64,000 bases of DNA, from IMG/VR virus record IMGVR_UViG_2923088545_000001, positions 40 to 64,039 of that record; one strand, 5' to 3'. The DNA comes from a virus. Taxonomy: Duplodnaviria > Caudoviricetes. Below are positions 27,418 through 35,627 of this stretch, piece after piece; position 1 is the stretch's first letter; each line of letters begins with the position of its first letter. The notes beneath the pieces were generated by a model, which worked only from the letters and a program-made list of their open reading frames with translations, was not told the origin of the DNA and made no database searches. A program made the position numbers and the translations under genes.

Positions 27418-27567
27418 ATGAAGTACTTTTACGCTACCGCATCAATACTCGGTTTTGCGTCGTGGTTAGGCTGTTTTAGACCTTCTGTCATCGAGGCGGC
27501 TCTTGTAGCACATACACTTATCGGCGGAATATTGTCCGTTGGAATTACTAAAAAGGAGGACGCGTAA
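27418..27567 (+). CDS. Small membrane protein (49 aa)
   Basis: GGAGG RBS; hydrophobic. Confidence 0.55.
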   Translation: MKYFYATASILGFASWLGCFRPSVIEAALVAHTLIGGILSVGITKKEDA

Positions 27568-27777
27568 ATGAATAAGTTAATTATCGAAACTAAAAACGGG
27601 GAAATGTACTGGGCACACGTAACTGATTCCGAATTAGATGACTTTGATTCCGCAGTAATGTTCGGTGGCTATGAGTACGTGAGAGTTGAATGCGCCAAAA
27701 CAAAGCAGACCGTCGTTTTTAATAGAAGCGAAATTTCTACGTACTCATTCGGAGAGCTGAAGGAGGCATCGCAATGA
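27568..27777 (+). CDS. Phage hypothetical protein
   Basis: AAGGAGG RBS. Confidence 0.7.
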   Translation: MNKLIIETKNGEMYWAHVTDSELDDFDSAVMFGGYEYVRVECAKTKQTVVFNRSEISTYSFGELKEASQ

Positions 27778-28295
27778 ACGTAAAAATTAAACAGCTATCA
27801 GCCGATGCAACAACGCCAACATACGCACATTCGACGGACGCCTGCTTCGATCTATATGCGGCCGCTGACGTCCTTATCGAGCCGGGCGAGACGGCGCTTG
27901 TGCCTACGGGCCTCGCGTTCGAGATTCCGCCGGGCTACGAAATGCAAATCCGGCCGCGTTCAGGCATTACGCTGAAGACGCACCTACGCGTTCAACTAGG
28001 TACGGTAGATAGCGGCTATGTGGGCGAGGTTGGTGTGATCGTGGATAATATCGCAAAGAAGGACGAATCTGTTCCGAATGATTACGGACCTCTTACGGTA
28101 AGTAGAGAAATCGATCGCATGATCGGTCATCATCCGAAATGGACATATAAACTCCGCAAAGGAGATCGCATTGCCCAAGCGGTCATCAAACCGGTAGAGC
28201 AAGCGACCTTTACGGTTGTGGATGCGTTGGAAGAAACGGAACGAGGTTCGGGCGGCTTCGGGAGTAGCGGCGTTACTTCTTATAAGGAAAGCTAA
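27774..28295 (+). CDS. dut: Trimeric dUTPase
   Basis: CFDL, IRPRSG, GTVDSGYVGE, RIAQ, RGSGGFGSSG. Confidence 0.95.
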   Translation: MNVKIKQLSADATTPTYAHSTDACFDLYAAADVLIEPGETALVPTGLAFEIPPGYEMQIRPRSGITLKTHLRVQLGTVDSGYVGEVGVIVDNIAKKDESVPNDYGPLTVSREIDRMIGHHPKWTYKLRKGDRIAQAVIKPVEQATFTVVDALEETERGSGGFGSSGVTSYKES

Positions 28296-28668
28296 AGGTC
28301 AAGGCTAAGGCGTCCTTAAATGGCCCGGGATTGAGTTCTAATCTTGTTTTTGAATTTTTGTCAATATGGACTTTCACGGCATTTTTAGCGTACGTTTTTA
28401 TACTCTTAAAGTGCCCACTATCATCCAATGCTTGGTTAATTCTATATCCCAGCTCCGTTTTATTCTTTCGATATACATTAACAAAGGCATCTGGGAGGCG
28501 TTCGTGTAAATATTCAGCGAATTCAGGGGAGTCAATATTGATATAAAATCCACTAACTACTATATTTCCGTTGCCCGTATCATCAAAGTATATAACACGT
28601 TCTGGTGAGTCTTTAATCTCACCGATTACAAAATCCATAATTTCTTTATCTGTTTTATCAGTTAACAT
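28273..28668 (-). CDS. Antisense accessory (moron-like) protein, 131 aa
   Basis: TGTGGTATAAT promoter and AAAGGAGG RBS before ATG 28668; AT-rich. Confidence 0.7.
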   Translation of the reverse strand: MLTDKTDKEIMDFVIGEIKDSPERVIYFDDTGNGNIVVSGFYINIDSPEFAEYLHERLPDAFVNVYRKNKTELGYRINQALDDSGHFKSIKTYAKNAVKVHIDKNSKTRLELNPGPFKDALALTFSFPYKK

Positions 28669-28715
28669 CTGACTACCTCCTTTTTCTAAATTATACCACA
28701 AGGAAGGGTGTTTTA

Positions 28716-29519
28716 ATGAAAATGAACGTAAAGCTACTCGCACATACGCAATTAAGCGATAAATTCTATCAATCTCTTCTCCATGAAACCTCGGACGTAT
28801 TTCACTTCGACGATTACGAAGCAACCGACGGCCAAGCGGTCGCCCTATCCGCGATCAGAACTTGTTATAGCGCAAACAAGCCGTCAGAAATCGTATCCAG
28901 AGAAGGCGCTAAGTATTTCGGCAACAGCGCATCTGATGGCGGCTCGGGCACGGATGCCGATCGGCTATTCCGACAGATCGTCGCATCGAAACACACGTCG
29001 ACCTTGGAGCACCTGACGTTCACCTTTGCGATCGAAGACGTAAGCCGCGCCTTATTAGCGCAGTTAACACGACACCGCGCCGGCTTTAGCTTCAGCGTCC
29101 AATCACAGCGATATGTAAAGATGGGCAGCGGAAATAAATCGGGTGGATTCGATTACGTCGTGCCGGAAAAGGTTGCGTCGAGTACTAAAACGGTAGACTT
29201 ATTCGGAGGCGGCGACGCACCATTCACCGCACGAGAGATCTTCGTAGACGCACTACGTGAATTACAAGACGCATACGATTTATTGCGCGAACTAGGCGTA
29301 CCAGCAGAAGATGCCCGCGCCGTCTTACCGCAAGCAGCGGCTACTAATCTTGTAATGACCGTTAACCTGCGTGCTTTACTAGACTTCTATGCTAAGAGAC
29401 GGAAGGGCAACGGAGCACAGGCGGAAATCGCCGACCTAGCCGAAGCCTTGCGTCGTGCGGTAACCGAAGTCGAGCCGTGGACTGCGCAATTCTTCGAGGG
29501 GGTGTCTGCATCGGTATAA
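28716..29519 (+). CDS. thyX: FAD-dependent thymidylate synthase
   Basis: HTSTLEH, QLTRHR, SVQSQRY, EDARAVLP, NLRALL. Confidence 0.93.
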   Translation: MKMNVKLLAHTQLSDKFYQSLLHETSDVFHFDDYEATDGQAVALSAIRTCYSANKPSEIVSREGAKYFGNSASDGGSGTDADRLFRQIVASKHTSTLEHLTFTFAIEDVSRALLAQLTRHRAGFSFSVQSQRYVKMGSGNKSGGFDYVVPEKVASSTKTVDLFGGGDAPFTAREIFVDALRELQDAYDLLRELGVPAEDARAVLPQAAATNLVMTVNLRALLDFYAKRRKGNGAQAEIADLAEALRRAVTEVEPWTAQFFEGVSASV

Positions 29520-30016
29520 TGACGACCATGACGCTTGCGTGCGGCTTATTATGTACGCAGCAACCAGCGGAAGAGAAACCGGCGCCCATTTTAACGGCTA
29601 ATCAAGCGGCTTTACAGCGAGCCAATCAACGCATCAAGACGTTAGAGGGCGAAGTGAAGGCGCTTAAAAAGACGTCAAAGCACGTAGTCAAGCGTAAGCA
29701 GAAAGCGCCAAAACTAGCGCAAACTTACGAAGTGACTGCGTACACAAACGGCGCCGAGTCTACGGGCAAGTCAGTCGGCGATCCCGACTACGGCATCACG
29801 GCAAGCGGCACACGCACTAAAACGGGCCATACGATTGCCTGTCCGCCGTCATTGGCGTTTGGGACTCGGCTGAGCATCGAGGGCATCGGCGTCAGGACTT
29901 GTGAGGATCGAGGCGGCGCAATTACGGAAGGACATATCGACCTGTACGTTGCGGGCGTGGCTGAGGCGCAGGCATTCGGACGACAGCGTCTAAAGGCGGA
30001 AATCATAACGAAATAG
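29519..30016 (+). CDS. 3D-domain cell-wall protein with N-terminal anchor
   Basis: VTAY...GITASG...CEDRGGAITEGHIDLYV. Confidence 0.85.
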   Translation: MTTMTLACGLLCTQQPAEEKPAPILTANQAALQRANQRIKTLEGEVKALKKTSKHVVKRKQKAPKLAQTYEVTAYTNGAESTGKSVGDPDYGITASGTRTKTGHTIACPPSLAFGTRLSIEGIGVRTCEDRGGAITEGHIDLYVAGVAEAQAFGRQRLKAEIITK

Positions 30017-30030
30017 GGAGGCGGTTGTAA

Positions 30031-30777
30031 ATGATGCACGTATTTAAGGACGAAAAGCTCGGCGTTGATCGCGAATATGTTGCGGTGGATAGAAACGCAG
30101 AGGTTGGCGAAACGATCGTTGTAACTAAAGCTGAATACGTCGAAGGAGAAATTTACGAAATAGGTCATTACGGAAAAGTCAATATTACGGTTGGAGACGG
30201 TGGAGTCAACGCCGATTTCAACGGGTTTGATAACAGTTTCGTCGATGACGACGGTAAATGGTTTATCGGGGATGGGGATTGCAGTGAATACCGCGTCCTC
30301 GAACCGACCGACATCGTCCACATTGACGGTGAGCGCTATCGTTTAGAAGATCGTAAGGCGGAAGTAGGTGAGCGTGTAATTTACGTAAATAAAGAAAACG
30401 GGAAATCTGACGGAATTGACACCGTAGTTACGTCGGTAGGTGCCGGTATGGTGGATGTGCTTGAGTATAAAGACGATAGCGGTGAGGATGTTTGTTCGAT
30501 TTGTCACGGCTATTACTACGTCCTCACTCCGGTTCAAGACGCTGCCGAGGCGCAAGAATCCGATATTATAACCGTCCTTGCCAATCTAGGCGCAGAGGTG
30601 GCGGAATTAAAACGTACCGTAGCCCGCCATCAAGCGGAAATCGACGCCCTCCACGAAGATAAAGTCCGTCTAGGCGAACAGATCGCAAAGGTGGCGGCAG
30701 ATATCGGTGGTAAAACGGAGTTATCCGGTGCCTTTATCGCGGAAGTCATCATCGCCTTAAAGAAGGCCGACCTATGA
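30031..30777 (+). CDS. Phage protein with tandem AEVGE (SH3-like) domains plus coiled coil
   Basis: DRNAEVGET and DRKAEVGER. Confidence 0.7.
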   Translation: MMHVFKDEKLGVDREYVAVDRNAEVGETIVVTKAEYVEGEIYEIGHYGKVNITVGDGGVNADFNGFDNSFVDDDGKWFIGDGDCSEYRVLEPTDIVHIDGERYRLEDRKAEVGERVIYVNKENGKSDGIDTVVTSVGAGMVDVLEYKDDSGEDVCSICHGYYYVLTPVQDAAEAQESDIITVLANLGAEVAELKRTVARHQAEIDALHEDKVRLGEQIAKVAADIGGKTELSGAFIAEVIIALKKADL

Positions 30778-31334
30778 AACTCGCAATCACGGGTAAGTTA
30801 GGCGCCGGTAAAGACGTAGCCGTCGATTATCTCGTATCCATGTACGAATTCTTTCCGTTCACGTTTTCCGCAAAAGGTAAGTCGGTGTTTGGCGAGTTGT
30901 TTCCGGAATTAGACGGCGACGCAAAACAGCGCCAGCCTATGCGCGATTTCATTGAGGGAATTAAAAAGCTGCCGATTCCTGGCGCTGAGTACGTGTGGAT
31001 CAATGTTGTATTCCGGCGCATTCAGGAACACGAAAAGTTGCGTTGTTGCCGACCTAGCAACCTACTAATTACGGATATGCGAATGCCGGCTGAATACGAA
31101 CGAGCCAAGGCGGAGGGTTTTAAGATACTCCGCATTACTGCACCGTACGAAACACGCTTTGACCGCGCCAAAAGACGAGGCGACAAATTCAAGGCGGACG
31201 ACTTAAACCATCCGACAGAAACAGCACTCGACGGATTCGAAGTCGCTTATGAGATCGTAAATGACGGAACACTCGACGACTTATATGCGCGACTGGACGA
31301 AATTATGGCCGATCAACTCAAAGAGAACGCGTAA
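30774..31334 (+). CDS. Deoxynucleoside monophosphate kinase-like
   Basis: ITGKLGAGKD P-loop; ITDMRMPAE; HPTE. Confidence 0.8.
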   Translation: MKLAITGKLGAGKDVAVDYLVSMYEFFPFTFSAKGKSVFGELFPELDGDAKQRQPMRDFIEGIKKLPIPGAEYVWINVVFRRIQEHEKLRCCRPSNLLITDMRMPAEYERAKAEGFKILRITAPYETRFDRAKRRGDKFKADDLNHPTETALDGFEVAYEIVNDGTLDDLYARLDEIMADQLKENA

Positions 31335-31687
31335 GTACCTTTCGGGTAGGCTAAGTGCGGCTGTTTAGACGCCTCGCCATCTCCAATCAAAAAGAAACGC
31401 AGTGGGAGTTCTTGATCGTCTAGGCCGGCGTGCTGTAAAACACGGGATGCCGACCAACTATATGCGTCTTTACTAAATTTGAACGGCTTCACGTCGGCCC
31501 TTACCATTTCCGGCTTGGCCGCGACTAGGCACTTAGCTTCTGCGTCGTAGCCAATCGTTAGTTGGAAGGGGCTATTCGGCGGGATACCAATTAGCTCTTT
31601 CGCGCCTTTATTGACGAAGATTCGCTTCTGACTATCCAACGTTATGTAGGCGGTATTATTTACCGCGGAAATCCATTCTAAGGCCAT
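31313..31687 (-). CDS. Antisense accessory protein, possibly AbrB-like fold
   Basis: GAGGTG RBS and TATAAT upstream; ITLDSQKRIFV. Confidence 0.6.
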   Translation of the reverse strand: MALEWISAVNNTAYITLDSQKRIFVNKGAKELIGIPPNSPFQLTIGYDAEAKCLVAAKPEMVRADVKPFKFSKDAYSWSASRVLQHAGLDDQELPLRFFLIGDGEASKQPHLAYPKGTYAFSLS

Positions 31688-31764
31688 GCGGATACACCTC
31701 GCTTATTTTATAAGACGATTATAGACGATATACCAACGGAAAGCAAACGAAGGAGGCGGTTTTA

Positions 31765-32148
31765 TTGGGCGCATCGACGAACAAGCCCGACCAGCATCTA
31801 CGCTATGAAACGCAATATAAACTCGACGGACCAGACGGCGTCAAGGCGCTTTTGGCCGATTATACAACGCTCAGACAGCGGCGATTCTTAGGCGACATGG
31901 CTGCTTGCGATATTCTGATCGACCTGAACCGCGCCATCGAATTGGCGTCGCTGACCGGAAAGCAATACGAAGCCCTGCGCCTAGTATATTTCGATGACCT
32001 ATCGCAAACACAGGCGGGTGCGGCACTCGGCATTACGCAACAAGCCGTTGATTATGCGATTAACGCTGCGATAAATAAGATCGTCGACATCTACTACTAT
32101 TGGGCGTCACATGGCGAAGGTTACGGTTCAAAGAAAGGGGCGGTTTGA
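31765..32148 (+). CDS. Sigma-70 region-4-like HTH protein (candidate late regulator)
   Basis: LTGKQYEALRLVYFDDLSQTQAGAALGITQQAV. Confidence 0.8.
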   Translation: MGASTNKPDQHLRYETQYKLDGPDGVKALLADYTTLRQRRFLGDMAACDILIDLNRAIELASLTGKQYEALRLVYFDDLSQTQAGAALGITQQAVDYAINAAINKIVDIYYYWASHGEGYGSKKGAV

Positions 32149-32291
32149 TGGCGTACAAATTATCGACTGAAGAAATCAAGGAATTGCGCAAATATGAACG
32201 TTGGTGCTATGACACCATGAACCACCCGAGAATCACGCCGCGTGTATTATCGATTTTATTGAACGCATATACGAAGGAGGCAACGGAATGA
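32148..32291 (+). CDS. Small hypothetical protein
   Basis: AAAGGGG RBS before ATG 32148. Confidence 0.5.
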   Translation: MAYKLSTEEIKELRKYERWCYDTMNHPRITPRVLSILLNAYTKEATE

Positions 32292-32530
32292 AACACGAGT
32301 CTAAGTCGGAATGCTTAGAGGGTCATCCTCTTATTACAACAATTCTCTACCTTATTGGTAGTATAAAACTGACTAAAGACCACCATCCATTTCGAGAGAA
32401 GATGCGCTATGACGTTAAATTACGCGCTCTACATCCGGCTGCTTGGCCTATCATTTTATTGATGTTCATTATCGGAGGATTTAACAGAGATACAGTAGAT
32501 ATCATCAAAAGCGAATTAGTTTTATGGTAG
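32288..32530 (+). CDS. Small membrane protein
   Basis: AAGGAGG RBS; hydrophobic C-terminus. Confidence 0.55.
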   Translation: MKHESKSECLEGHPLITTILYLIGSIKLTKDHHPFREKMRYDVKLRALHPAAWPIILLMFIIGGFNRDTVDIIKSELVLW

Positions 32531-32544
32531 AGGAGGGCGCCTAA

Positions 32545-33033
32545 TTGACGAAGGAAGAACTACACGAAGACATTACGGCTCTATACGAACGCACAAAAGC
32601 CGGCGCTTTAGAGCGCGAAGAACGCATCACAGAAATAGACGCTTTACTTGCGTCATATGACGGCACACCGCCGGCTAACGCACTGGAACGTCTATCCGAC
32701 TTAATCTTATACGAAGAGCTCTCGGATACGCGGCGCAATAAAATGTCGGCCGAAGAATATCCGATCATGTCCGAACGCATGGAAAAGACACGCAAGACCG
32801 GCGAAGCGTCCGACAAGATGGCCGAAGAATACGATATCACCGGCACCAATCACGGCGTACCTAAGCGACGCACTCGGTCACCATACGATAATCTATTCAC
32901 GGACCGTCTCGCAAAAGCGCGTAATAAGACGGCTCGCAAACGATACAACGATTTCGTCAACGGAAAGTCTAGCGGTCAGTTCACCGTAAATATAGCAACC
33001 GGCATCAAAACGGTAAGGTCAGACGCTCAATAG
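32545..33033 (+). CDS. Phage hypothetical protein
   Basis: GGAGG RBS; followed by terminator-like hairpin. Confidence 0.75.
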   Translation: MTKEELHEDITALYERTKAGALEREERITEIDALLASYDGTPPANALERLSDLILYEELSDTRRNKMSAEEYPIMSERMEKTRKTGEASDKMAEEYDITGTNHGVPKRRTRSPYDNLFTDRLAKARNKTARKRYNDFVNGKSSGQFTVNIATGIKTVRSDAQ

Positions 33034-33071
33034 GCGTCTTTTGTTTTGCGATAAATACGAAAAGGGGCGGT

Positions 33072-33911
33072 ATGATGAAGTATGATCGCGTAGTAAATGA
33101 GGACGGAGAACTCGGCGTATTTGTACCGGACGCCATAAAAGCCGTCATTAGAACTCCGGAAGAGCTCGAAAAGGCACGCTTGCGAGCGACCTTAGCGCCA
33201 AAGAAGCGGTTTCATCATGGGCGCAATTACATCGTATCTTACAACGACACGCTCAGCGCTATTATCCGCGACCTATCACTTACGGAAGCGGGCGCAATGG
33301 TTAAAATCATGCTTCAGCTACGTATCAAAAGCGACGGCAAGCTCGTAAAAGGGGCGGCTGGAGACCCGATGAATAAGTCGGACATAGCGCGCTTGCTTGA
33401 CCGTAGCCGCTCGAATGCTAATGCATTGGTCGTTCGCTTGGCTGAACTCGGCTTGATCAAGCTAAAAGACGATGGTATTTACGTTAGTAGCCGATTTCAT
33501 ACGATGGGCGGCCGCATCAAAAACGAAGTATTTACAAAAGTATATACGGTTAAAGCGCGGCAGACGATCGCCAATCTACGCCTGAACGAAATCGGTATGC
33601 TATATAAGATCATTCCGTTCTTTCATTACAGCGAGTATTACCTTTGCGCCGATCCTAACGCAGAAAAGGCGGACATTGACTACATCGGCCGCGAAACGTT
33701 GGCTGACCTAATCGGACACGACGCATCGACGGTCTCGAAGATCATGGGTCGTCTGCAAGGCGTAGGCGCCGTATTAGTCACCGGAACACGCAACGAGGTA
33801 CGCTACTTAGTGCATCCGGATTTACTGTTCCGCCAGCCCGAAGGCTTTAAAACGGAATGGACGGTAGCCGTGCGAAAGTTATTCGATGACCACGCCAAGA
33901 AGGCGCGTTAA
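33072..33911 (+). CDS. Tandem winged-HTH DNA-binding (Rep-like) protein
   Basis: Two repeats: LSLTEAGAMVKI...KSDIARLL and LRLNEIGMLYKI...RETLADLIG. Confidence 0.65.
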   Translation: MMKYDRVVNEDGELGVFVPDAIKAVIRTPEELEKARLRATLAPKKRFHHGRNYIVSYNDTLSAIIRDLSLTEAGAMVKIMLQLRIKSDGKLVKGAAGDPMNKSDIARLLDRSRSNANALVVRLAELGLIKLKDDGIYVSSRFHTMGGRIKNEVFTKVYTVKARQTIANLRLNEIGMLYKIIPFFHYSEYYLCADPNAEKADIDYIGRETLADLIGHDASTVSKIMGRLQGVGAVLVTGTRNEVRYLVHPDLLFRQPEGFKTEWTVAVRKLFDDHAKKAR

Positions 33912-33945
33912 TATGGTATGATTTTACTGCGGGGAGGTGAGACGG

Positions 33946-34002
33946 ATGATCAAAGCGATTACTAAGGCGGATCCAAAGCCGGGCAGTTCTGCGTCTAAAT
34001 AA
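33946..34002 (+). CDS. 18-aa micro-ORF MIKAITKADPKPGSSASK
   Basis: Extended -10 TGgTATGAT, GGGGAGGTGA RBS, own terminator. Confidence 0.5.
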   Translation: MIKAITKADPKPGSSASK

Positions 34003-34004
34003 AC

Positions 34005-34038
34005 GAAAAAGGACGCCTTAGGGGGCGTCTTTATTTTT
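34005..34038. terminator. Bidirectional terminator
   Basis: AAAAA-GGACGCC-TTAG-GGGGCGTCT-TTATTTTT between convergent genes. Confidence 0.8.
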
Positions 34039-34042
34039 GCGT

Positions 34043-34228
34043 CTATATTCGCTTAGTCATTCCGCACTTCGAACACTTACGGAGAAATATCCCGTCTTTA
34101 ATCGAACTGTTAAACTTCGACGTATCGCAATTGTCGCACCGGCCGCTCTTAACGTCCGGCATCTCGCGAACATCATAAACGACAGATACGTCATAATCAC
34201 CTGGCTGCGGTCTATTCACGTCTTTCAC
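34043..34228 (-). CDS. Small Zn-ribbon protein
   Basis: CDNC...CSKC; GAGGTG RBS. Confidence 0.7.
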   Translation of the reverse strand: MKDVNRPQPGDYDVSVVYDVREMPDVKSGRCDNCDTSKFNSSIKDGIFLRKCSKCGMTKRI

Positions 34229-34262
34229 CTCACAACCTTCGTATTATAACGTATCTCCACGC

Positions 34263-34394
34263 TTATTTAAACAATCTTCCGAAAGCCCTTCCGACGCTGC
34301 GTCGCATGATACGGCCGCCAACATCGTTCTTTTTCACCGCGTTAACGTCTCCTAAAAACCTAGCCCATCCGTACAAGAATCTGCGGAATTTCAT
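34263..34394 (-). CDS. Small basic protein (43 aa, MKFRRFLYGWARFLGDVNAVKK...)
   Basis: AAGGAGG RBS; not in ORF track. Confidence 0.65.
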   Translation of the reverse strand: MKFRRFLYGWARFLGDVNAVKKNDVGGRIMRRSVGRAFGRLFK

Positions 34395-34423
34395 ATCGTC
34401 GTCCTCCTTCGTATTTTAGGCGC

Positions 34424-34807
34424 CTACCATCTCGTCACTGCGAAGTCTTTCGATAGGTAAGTACCGACTTTCTTCGTCTTGGCTGCGTTGCTATAAGCCG
34501 TTAATTTGATTCGGTATTGCCCGTTCGTCATAGTCGAAGTGTAGAAGCGTTTGGTCGGTGTGTTTTTAACGAAATCGCCGCTCAACGATTGCTTCGACTT
34601 CCATCCGTCGGTGTACTGTTGCTGAAGGGTCATCGTGTAATATACGCGGCTACCGCTGCTTTTCGATGCCACAACGTCCACTGACGTCGCTTTAGGCGTG
34701 TAGTATGGAGCGTCAACCTTAACCGTAATGGATGCTGCGCTGGCGGGCGCTGTCAGGCCGAGCGTCATAAGTGCCACCGCGATTGTTATCGTAATAAAAC
34801 GTTTCAT
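34424..34807 (-). CDS. Secreted protein (Sec signal, beta-rich)
   Basis: MKRFITITIAVALMTLGLTAPASA signal peptide. Confidence 0.8.
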   Translation of the reverse strand: MKRFITITIAVALMTLGLTAPASAASITVKVDAPYYTPKATSVDVVASKSSGSRVYYTMTLQQQYTDGWKSKQSLSGDFVKNTPTKRFYTSTMTNGQYRIKLTAYSNAAKTKKVGTYLSKDFAVTRW

Positions 34808-34983
34808 TATTCAACATCTCCTTCTAGTTTTATATCGTATCCGAACGCGATCAGAGCGAGTCTAAAGCCGAAGTCAAAGCCGGCAGGCGCGTCGTCGCGT
34901 TCTCTTTTAAATAGCTCGGCGGCTCGCTGTAGCGGATCGGCTGCCGCTTGGGTTCCGTCTAAGGCCGTTAGTTTTACGTCCAC
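34807..34983 (-). CDS. Small hypothetical protein (58 aa)
   Basis: GGAGGAG RBS before GTG 34983. Confidence 0.55.
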   Translation of the reverse strand: MDVKLTALDGTQAAADPLQRAAELFKRERDDAPAGFDFGFRLALIAFGYDIKLEGDVE

Positions 34984-35099
34984 TAAGCGATCTCCTCCTC
35001 GATGTTCAGAAGGCCGCCGCAGTTCGGACATTTAGCGGCCGTTTCGATTTCTACGTCTAGCCGAGCGAATGAACAGTCCGGACAGTTATACTCGATCAT
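34983..35099 (-). CDS. Small Zn-ribbon protein (38 aa)
   Basis: CPDC...CPNC; GGAGG RBS. Confidence 0.55.
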   Translation of the reverse strand: MIEYNCPDCSFARLDVEIETAAKCPNCGGLLNIEEEIA

Positions 35100-35185
35100 A
35101 TTAGGCGATTCCTCCACGATTTTAGTACGTCAGCGCCGTCTAATTAGCGTCTTAAGGTCGTAGGTAGGGACGGCTGCTCGACGTC

Positions 35186-35344
35186 TTATTTTGTTATCGA
35201 TTTTAACGCGACCGTAAAGCCGAAAATCAGCAGCGTTGCAATGGCTACGCAGTCTATCGGCTGCACTGAGCCGTAGTCCAAAAACGCTATCCAGGCGACT
35301 AAAACGATAATGAGCAACGTATCAAGCGTATTAATTTTGCGCAT
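35186..35344 (-). CDS. Small 2-TM membrane protein (52 aa)
   Basis: MRKINTLDTLLIIVLVAWIAFLDY...; weak RBS. Confidence 0.5.
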   Translation of the reverse strand: MRKINTLDTLLIIVLVAWIAFLDYGSVQPIDCVAIATLLIFGFTVALKSITK

Positions 35345-35345
35345 G

Positions 35346-35356
35346 TGTGGTATAAT
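35346..35356 (+). promoter_or_regulatory. Extended -10 promoter reading antisense into the 41-aa ORF
   Basis: TGTGGTATAAT. Confidence 0.55.
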
Positions 35357-35387
35357 TGATTGAACCGGGGCTCTAAGCCCCGTCCGT

Positions 35388-35513
35388 TTACTTGCGACGT
35401 TTCTTCTTGGAGGGAGACCGTCGCTTTTTCATTGCCTTGATTTCCATCGCGGTTTTGATGATCGCCAACCACGACGCAAGCAAGACGGATATTTTAGTAG
35501 CTAGTTCAATCAA
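35388..35513 (-). CDS. Putative type I toxin-like peptide (41 aa, TM plus K/R-rich tail)
   Basis: MIELATKISVLLASWLAIIKTAMEIKAMKKRRSPSKKKRRK; AAAGGAGGTG RBS; consensus promoter. Confidence 0.6.
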   Translation of the reverse strand: MIELATKISVLLASWLAIIKTAMEIKAMKKRRSPSKKKRRK

Positions 35514-35540
35514 TCGTGTGCACCTCCTTTCTGTACCTTT

Positions 35541-35606
35541 ATTATAACGTATAAGCGTTATAACGTCAATGCGTTATTTACAAAAATATCGTATTTGCGT
35601 TATAAT
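35541..35606. promoter_or_regulatory. Divergent sigma-A promoters with operator repeats
   Basis: Minus TTGACG-N17-TATAAT; plus TTTACA-N18-TATAAT; TTATAACG-N6-CGTTATAA; GCGTTAT x3. Confidence 0.75.
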
Positions 35607-35627
35607 TTTCGTAGGAGGTGTCGGTAA

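Noticed and set aside
29788-30321. 177-aa minus-strand ORF as a fourth moron
   Set aside because: Fully antisense to two well-supported genes and no promoter or RBS
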